Positions 54,508-64,000 of a stretch of 64,000 nt of DNA are shown here, in pieces. The number at the start of each line of letters is the position of its first letter. Position 1 is the first letter of the stretch. Source of the stretch: Chrysomallon squamiferum (Eukaryota; Animalia; Mollusca); the NCBI GenBank assembly GCA_012295275.1, contig CM022676.1:2852001-2916000 (forward strand). The letters run 5' to 3'. The position numbers and the translations under genes were made by a program. Under the pieces are notes generated by a model, which was not told the origin of the DNA, searched no databases, and saw only the letters and a list, made by a program, of their open reading frames with translations.

Positions 54508-55772
54508 TCTAAATTATTCTTTCTTTTACTTATTTTTATTCGGGAGAAATATATTATTTGTATTGTTAAAGAGTGCCGAGAAAGGATTTTCTATACTGTT
54601 TTAATTTATTTTTAATTTTAAAACATTTGATTATTATTATTTTCGTGACTCTGGATTATATTTTTGATCAATAAGGTAATTAACTACATTTACAGTCCGA
54701 AAACGAACGAATGAATAATTCTGCGTATAAATATGTCTGTAACATAAAAATTTATACTATCCTATGTTCTGCTATGCTATGCAATGCTACATGTCACTGT
54801 ATTACACTGCACTCTACTATACTACGCGACACTATACTATACTATGCTATGCTATACTATACTGTACTATACTATGCTATGCTATACTATACTATACTGT
54901 ACTATACTATGCTATGCTATACTATGTTATGCTATACTATACTATGCTATGATATACTATAAATTAATTATTATTGTATTTTTACTTTGAATGAAAAAAT
55001 ATAAAATATAATGATAAAACTGCCTTTATATTTTGAAAAAAAATTACAAATAACTATTTTGTAAATTGTATTTTTAGTGCGAATAGACATTTAAAAAAAA
55101 ATAATTACAGTGTTATGTTAAATAAATATTTCATTATATTTTACTGTCAGTTAAAACTATATTATATTTGTTGCTTTTTAAACTTTAGGATTCAGTAAAT
55201 GTTTGTATACATTTGTTTTTGTTAGAGAGATAGATAATAAAATCGTAATATATTTTGAAGGTGCACCATTTAATGGATTTTACTTTTTAGATATGGATAG
55301 ATACATTTGTGGATAATAATCTATGTTTATTTCCATTATTATTTTATTTTATTATACTATTATTATTACTCTTTTAATGTTTCGTTTTCTTTCTTTCTCA
55401 GTGTGAATTATAATATTTTGTAATAATAATGTATTTGCATTCGTAAATTTTCTTTGTAGGTAGCAATAATTGTTGTACATTTTACCTTAATAAAATATTT
55501 CCAGATAATAACGTATTTTTTTTTTGTTTTCAAACTGTAAAATTGAGTAACTGTTGCTGTACCTTGGTTTTCCTATTGCTACAAAATGTTAGGGATATTT
55601 AAAGAATCATGTGAAATTCCTAAATAGACTAGCAGACAGCCAGATAGACAGACAGATAAATAAAGAATGGATTATATAAATACAACTTGAAAACATCATC
55701 AAAATAAAATGTTTTCAAAGTATTTGAAGAAAACAGTATGAAAAACAACAGAAAACACATAATAAGCGACAT

Positions 55773-55857
<85 letters not shown>

Positions 55858-56516
55858 ACATATTAACATTAGCTACACTTCACAAGGTGTATACATACGT
55901 CTATGAATATCAACAGCTGAGTTTGTGAATCCTGTCTCTACAGAAGATTTACTAATTAATAGAAAGGAAACAACACAGCGCGATAACTTTCTAAAATGAA
56001 AATTAAAAATGAAATCAAAACGTTCTTGACTTAGCTACACAACTGCGATAAACATTATTATCAAATATTTTATTTTATTTTTATTTTGCTGTTTTTCCTT
56101 TACTCTAAGTTTCTGTGATACGCATAGACGACAGGCAATGGGAACGGAAAGAAAGATTAATCGAAAAAGGTAACTCCTACATACTTTATTAGTTGCATGA
56201 ACATCTTCAATAATAATGTCTGCAGCTGTGCTGTTTCTGGTGTTTCTTTTGTTGTTCTTCTTGTTTGTTGGTTTTCGTTGGTATTTTTTGATGTTTTTGT
56301 TGTTTTTTTAAAGAAAGGTTTGAGTATTCTGCACTTGGACTAACCAGCATGTATACACCAAGTGATCTGGTTTCTACTCGAACATATTTTCACCCTTCAT
56401 AAACGCCGACGCACACTAATTCTCGTTTTGTATTCATAAAAAGATACTGACATAAACTATCATACAAACAGTAACACACACAAACACACAAACACACACA
56501 CACACAAACACACACA

Positions 56517-56555
<39 letters not shown>

Positions 56556-57449
56556 CACACACACACACAAACACAAACACAAACACGTCCACAAACACAC
56601 ACACAAACACACACACAAACACGCACACAAACACAAACACGTCCACATGCACTAAACATACACTGAAGCACAAAGGACTCATTCAAGAGTACAAAAACAT
56701 GCACCTGGGCGCGCACTCTGTATGCTTACGTTGGAATAAACATAAACGAAGAGGACAGACACAAATATCTCTTTTTCACAAATGTATACACACGGACTCA
56801 TAGTCGTGTAGAATGTGCTATACATTCTTTCACTCGCATATACATTGTGACTCACTCTCATATTAACATTCACATGCTCATAATTTTATACACTTTCATA
56901 TACCCTCAAATCTACCCATGTTAAACATATACATCCAAATACTGTAGCATATACATTCTCACATACTCATGCATAGTTACAGTAAATACTTGTATTCTCT
57001 CATATTCGTAAATATACTCACATAATACACACACTTATGTATACACTCTGGCCCACGCTCTGTGACATACAGAAACATACACGCTACAGAGAGGCATTCA
57101 AATACTCACGGTGGCACGTGAAGTCTCTCATACTTTTCAATATACTCACACTAAACACAAAACATTTACTCACTAGCATACGCTGAAATACTCACTCTCA
57201 CATATACATATTACACAAGTAAACATACTAAACACAAACACACATACACTCACGCTCTGGCACATACACATACAAATACTCATACAATCATATACGAACC
57301 CTAACATACACAGAACATACGTATTCACACATACTCACAGTATACAAACACCCTCACAAAGTAACATTCTCAAAATTGTAATAAACATAGGTTCACTGTG
57401 TAGAAGTATATACTGTGAGGAGAAAGAGGTATATATTGTGTAAGAAACG

Positions 57450-57795
57450 CATCTATTGTGATAATAAAGATGTATCTGTCGTGGTAATAAAATTGTATTT
57501 TTTGTGGTAATAAAGATGTATCTATTTTGGTAATAAATATGTATCTATTTTGGTAATAAATATGTATCTGTTGTGGTAATAAATATGTATCTATTTTGGT
57601 GATAAATATGTATCTGTTGTGGTAATATAGATGTATCTCTTGTGGTAACAAATATGCATCTATTGTGGTAATAAAGAAGTTTCCGTTCTAGTAAGAAAGA
57701 TGTATCTATTGTGGTAATAAAGATGTATCCATTGTGGTAGTAAAAATGTATCTGTTGTAATAATAAAGATGTTTATGTTGCGGTAATATAAACGT
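57450..57795. repeat. 23-bp minisatellite, ~15 units
   Basis: TATTGTGGTAATAAAGATGTATC tandem variants. Confidence 0.9.
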
Positions 57796-58234
57796 ATCTA
57801 ATGAGATAATAACAGAGCTAAGGTTCATGTAACCCGAGGGTAGATTCCACCTACTGAACTGTAGGGAACAGGTTATTTATTACCAAAGGATTCCGCTCCA
57901 CCCTCGGGGCCGAAGGGGAGTGGCTCAGCCCGCCTACGAATTTCGCCGAGGAGGCTGGTTTAATTAGGGCAAATAAAGTTTGTGAAGCTTGGCTCTTGGC
58001 CGCTCTCTGATTTAAACGCCAGGAGGGTGTAAAGGCAGCCAGTAATGTGTACCAGGTTGTCACTGACGAGCCACATACTCTAAGATGAGGGCAGTCAGTA
58101 TATCTCCAGGGGGTCCTTCAGTATTAGTTTTAGTCAGCATTAATAATTGGTTTGTAATCATTAATTTCATGTGTTTTTCTTTTACAATATACAAAATAAT
58201 GGTTAAGTGTATAATACACTAAAGAAAATATTCC

Positions 58235-58724
<490 letters not shown>

Positions 58725-59019
58725 TAGAGAATGTATATTTAAGTCACCAGTCTTTATTACGTAGTCTAATTATTTGGTAAGTATAAATATATCTGATATT
58801 TACTGTGTGCTGAAATGCAGTTATATAAATTATCCGTTACCTGTACGATCGTGTATGTGTTTGGCTCATTAAAGGATAAGTATATAATATTTGCCTGGAA
58901 AAATGTATCCATGCATCATGATCAAATTACAGCATTTATGTTTAAACAATGACTTCTTTGATACATTTACCAGGCACGGTTGACTTGAACAATGTGAAGC
59001 TTTGGGAATATTTTTTAAT

Positions 59020-59165
59020 TCCATAATCAAACAACATATCCTGTCAGATTCTCACTTACGGTCACGTGAATCACAGTCACCACATGACAACATCGCAGCT
59101 CCGAGTGATCGAACTCGCGACCTTTCAGTTACACGTCCAGCGATAGAACAACTGCACCATCATGG
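59020..59165 (-). mobile_element. tRNA-derived SINE fragment, copy 2
   Basis: Same A/B-box-like motifs as 29990-30135. Confidence 0.6.
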
Positions 59166-59229
59166 AAAAATAACGTATTTGTATTTGACTAACTGTTATG
59201 TAATTATATTTCATTTTATTTATATATAA

Positions 59230-59313
<84 letters not shown>

Positions 59314-59539
59314 GCCAAATGAAAATGAAAGAACAACAAAAACTATTAAGAAGAGTAAATAAAACTAAATAAACCATTACAGTTACTACAACAGCTACAA
59401 CTAAAACTACTTCTACTACTTGTTCTAATCATAAGTACTGTTGCAATAATTAAGGCTGGGGGGGGGCTCAGAACAAAACAATAGAAAAAACAAAACAAAC
59501 AACACAAATACAACAACAACAGAAAAGCAATGATTAATA

Positions 59540-61561
59540 TCACCTGAATAAACTGTCAGTACTTATTATTATTATGAAAGCTCACTATAAATATTATGCT
59601 CAATATAGATTTTTAATTTCATTACCGAAAACGTAACATAATTTTGTGAAACGCGTTTTAATACTTTTACGATCGATGTATAAGAGTTATCTTCTTTGAA
59701 ACAAGTAGCTCATTAAAAGCAGGTCAGAATGCGAGTGAATACATTCAAAAACAAAAATTCTCAACTAAATTAATAATTAGAGGAACTGTACGTACACTGA
59801 AACCCACAACTTGTGACCTTCATTGCTCAGTTCAGACGGAATCAACGAAGATCAAACTAATCGTATTTGATAGAGTTTAGAGAGCCCAAGACACTCGTTA
59901 ACCAAACAAAGTTTAACTTAGGAACTCCAAGTTTTATCGACAATATAGGTCACCCGTGACTTGTACTGAACCCTATCAGTTCTTATATTGATATAAGGAC
60001 AAAGTGGTTCAATATAGGGAATTCCGAGTATCCTTTGTACATTCCATTTACAATACATTATCTTTCTAAATGAGACTGCTGCAAGATAGAATTATAAAAA
60101 TAAAAAGGATCGAAAGAATGAAAATAGGATGTTCATTGTATCAGTTATGTTGTCCAGATCGTCATTTAAACTGATCGACATCTTTGATTGCTGCATGTCT
60201 GACTGTGTCAACTCGGAAGTCAACTGTGACGAGGAGTTCTGTTGTATCTGAACGTTCCACTTCAAATCTGGCTACAGCTGCACAATCAGCATCTAACCAC
60301 ACGTTTGGGTTGAAGGGCAAAATGCCTCAACATTTCGTATGTGATTCAATATAAGAACGGCGTGGTTGTTCAATACAGGGGACTAGACAATGAAAATACC
60401 CGAATGTAGTTTTTCTGACGCGGTGTGAAATTCAACTTTTTTCGATCCTCATAAGCAAAGATTATGGCTTGAAATTCAACCTTTTTCAAAGAAATCTTTG
60501 TTATGTGTTGAATGTATGAATAAAGGGCTGAATTAGGCTTTAGATAATGAAGATATGCGAAACAATAACTAAATGTTCCTAATTTGAAATTATAAATTTT
60601 ACACCAAATCCACTGCATCAGCAAACAAAACTGTGAAGATGACATCCAGTTCAGCTAAAATATCATTCAGAGCTTCAGAGCGTACACAGATGCAGATATC
60701 AGTTTTATTTATTTATTTTATTTCTTTTATTAGCAACTGGGAAAACCCCCATAATTCGCACGTAGTGTAAAGAATGTGAGAGATCGAGATTGTCACGTAG
60801 TACAGTGACCTAGTAACAATTATTATCAAACTTAACTTCGAGAAAGTTCTATATATAAGCCCACGTCTAAATAAACTGTCGGTTAAAACATGGCGGATGT
60901 GAGAATTATTCTGGACATAAATATTTAATTTCAATAGCAAGAAAAATAATGTCGAAGGTTTTTTAATACTTTAATGATCAATGTTTATATAAGAGTTGTC
61001 TTCCCTGAAACACCTAGATCACAAAAAGCAGGTCAAAGTTCGAATGGATAACTTTTAATAGTAAAAATTCTTAATTATCTTAATAATTATCTCAATCACA
61101 AAGTAATTTTTCATTTAGTTTTCATAAAATAAAATTAGGAATAAATTAAGATGATAACTACTGCTTATCGTTATTTCTAAAAGAGTTAATTTGAAATTGA
61201 AAGTAGCATTTATTGCTTTGTTTTCCTTGAAAAAGTCAGATGTTTACTAGGAAGTAATTTACATACAGGACACACTGCTGAAAGTGACGTTTCTAGAAGG
61301 TAAGTTTTTCTTTTCGTTAGAAACAAAGATTTTTCTTATTACTGATTTTTCTGTAGATATATTTTGAAACCTAATTATCCATTTGAAACAAATACAGTGA
61401 AATAGTGGTTATTTGTTGAAGGTATGCTGTGTGTTTTGGATGTAAACATAAAGAACAGAAATATCTGTAAACGATTTTAACACGTAGTGCTGTGACCTAG
61501 TTAACTATGTTATCAAACTTTACCTTCGAGAATGTTCGCCGCTAAGATATCTGAAAACAAG

Positions 61562-61594
<33 letters not shown>

Positions 61595-62724
61595 TAGTAG
61601 TAATTATAAAATAAAATAAAATAAAATAAAACTCAGGAAAAAAAAAATCCAAGAAGAGCCACATTCACCTCCAAAAGAAAAGAAACAAACGAAGAAACGA
61701 ACCAAAAAGAAAAAAAGAAAAAAGAAAAGAAAAACGAAATAAAAAGAAAAGAAATTAGAGGGTTGAAAAAACGTAATACAAAATAATAAGCCTAAAATCA
61801 ATAAGCCATGGTGGACGGAGGATATTTATTGATATTTAATTTTATTACCAAAAAAAAAAATAATTTCGTCAAATGCTTCTTGATGGTTTAAGGATCAGTG
61901 TATAAGTGTTATCTCCCTGAAACTCCTCATTGTTAGAGTGGATAACGTTTGAAAAATAAATCACTATCTCAATGGTAAAGTGATTTTTAATTCAGTTTTC
62001 ATAAAATAAAATTAGGAATATATTAAGAAGATAACTACTACTTATTATTACATTTAAATGTGTAAATTTAGAATTGATATTAGTATCTATTTTGTTTTGT
62101 TTTCAGGGAAACATACGTTTACTAGGAAATAATTTACATATACAACACATTGCTAAAGGTGACGTTTCTAGAAGGGGTAAGTTATTATTTTTGTTACAAA
62201 CAAATATTATTATTATTAGGGATTTTTATGTAGATACATTTCTAAATATAATTGTTTATTTATCACAAATACACTGAAATCTTCGTTATGTGTTGAATGT
62301 ATGCAATGTATATTGGATGTATATGTAATGAAGGAGCGGATTAGTCTTTAGATAATGAAGATTTGCGAAACAATAACTAAATATCCGTAGTTTCAAATTA
62401 TAAAGATTACACTGTAAACTTTACAGTATTTGTCTGTTCACAGTTATTCGCTTTGCTCTCTTCAATTGTTTGTCGCCATATCCACTTCGTCAGCAAACCA
62501 AACTGTGAAGCTGACATCTAGTTCAGCTAAAATATTATTCAGTACTTCAGACTGTACACAGAAGTTGATATCAGTTTTATCAATTTTATTTCTTTATTAG
62601 AAACTTGGAAACCCTGCATAATCCGCCCCTCGAATAAAGAATGTACGTAATAGACTTGTTAACAATGTTATCAAACTTTACCTTCGAGAATGTTCGGCGC
62701 TTCGACATGCGAAAAACATTTTAG

Positions 62725-62766
<42 letters not shown>

Positions 62767-63530
62767 TAACAATAATCATAATAATTGATAATGATACTCT
62801 AATATATATATACATACAGCTGAAGTATGACAACAAATACAGCAATAAACAAGTAAACAAATAAAACACCGGCCTAATTAAACTGACATTTAGAAATTGT
62901 AGATGTGAAAATTACGCTGAAAATAAATATTCAATTTTATTATCCACAAAATAATTTTCTCAAAAATAATTGTTAACGATGCAACGACTGATGCTACTCT
63001 AAAAGTTATCTACTCAGATAAAACGCAGGTCAAAGTTCGAGTGGAAAACTTTTTAAAAATAAAAATACTCAAACACATTAATAATTATTTCAACGTATAG
63101 TGACTTTTTACATTATTTTTCATAAAATATAATTAGAAGTATATTAAGACGAAAACAAGTACTTATTTTTATATCTAAAAGTGTAACTTTTTTAAAATTG
63201 AAAGTATATACTGTTTTTGTTTTCCTGGAAACAGTCAAACGTTTACTGGGAAGTAGTTAACACACAGGTCACATTTCTGAAGGTGACGTTTCTTGAAGGT
63301 AAGTTTTTCTTTTTTCTAATCACTGATTTTTCTGTAGATGCATTTCGGAACCTAATACTCGTTTTAAAACAAATACAGTGAACTAGTGGATATTTGTTGA
63401 AGGTATGTTGTATATTTTAGATGTACATAATACATAAAGAATACAGAATTTATGTAATGAATTTTGCCACGTAGTACAGTGACCTCTTTAACAGTGATTA
63501 TCAAAATGTACCTCCAAGGAAGTCCGTCGT
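59540..63530. repeat. Upstream module array 6
   Basis: A cores near 59683, 60992, 61906, 63003; B cores near 60632, 62504; 61457-63100 parallels 1-1700. Confidence 0.9.
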
Positions 63531-63690
63531 TATAATAATAATAATAACAATAACAACAACAACAACAGCTACAACAACTACAACAACAACAATAGTACAT
63601 ATACAAACATACATATGTTTTGTTTATTTTGGAATAAATGTTGTTTGTTTTTTTTCTTATCATTTTCTTTATTAATTCAGTGATAACAAA

Positions 63691-64000
63691 ATGGCTGCAG
63701 CAGAAGCTGATACTGTGGAAAATGTAATAAACACTGAAGAAACCGAAACCGAGGTTGAAACACCCATCCATGTAGAAATAAAAGTAAAAAATACTTCCGG
63801 TTTTGTTGATAACTGGCAACATGAACGAACTCTCCTTGAAAGTCTCCGATATTCTCTCAAGGAAAACATTCTCTGTGACGTCACATTCATTGTCGGAGAG
63901 GACAGGACACGTATCCAAGCTCACAAGTTGATACTCAGTCTACGCAGCTGTGTGTTTCAGGCCATGTTGACAGGAGATCTGAAAGAACAGGATGATATTG
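63691..64000 (+). CDS. BTB-BACK-PHR copy 6, exon 1 (runs off window)
   Basis: ATTCAG|TGATAACAAAATG GCT GCA GCA GAA..; open BTB frame to the window end. Confidence 0.85.
   Translation, partial: MAAAEADTVENVINTEETETEVETPIHVEIKVKNTSGFVDNWQHERTLLESLRYSLKENILCDVTFIVGEDRTRIQAHKLILSLRSCVFQAMLTGDLKEQDDI

Overview
AT-rich, microsatellite-dense eukaryotic (animal; mollusc-like by inference only) DNA, not prokaryotic. It holds a tandem, same-strand (+) cluster of two-coding-exon BTB-BACK-PHR genes (BTBD1/2/3/6-like Cul3 adaptors). Two copies are intact (21791-23937, 36025-37891). Two are disrupted: 8693-10853 has an indel cluster, and 49124-53388 has a frameshift plus a 2.4 kb 48-bp minisatellite inside the PHR region. 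There is also a truncated exon 1 (5473), an orphan PHR half (38411) and a copy running off the right edge (63691). The BTB/BACK parts are near-identical between copies, while the PHR loops are hypervariable and mosaic. The main unexplained structure is an array of ~0.6-1.2 kb modules lying directly upstream of every gene copy (about 20 'A' halves and 12 full 'B' halves). By eye, A is a decayed sense PHR-coding sequence and B is a different decayed PHR sequence in antisense. The modules retain STAT/GAS-like TTCN3GAA and heat-shock-element TTCN2GAAN2TTC motifs while the spacer bases vary. Also present: a degenerate multi-exon collagen gene on the - strand (13.8-16.8 kb), MULE fragments, a pogo/Tigger-like MITE, a hAT-like MITE, a tRNA-derived SINE, nested segmental duplications and local inversions. 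All alignments and counts were done by eye.
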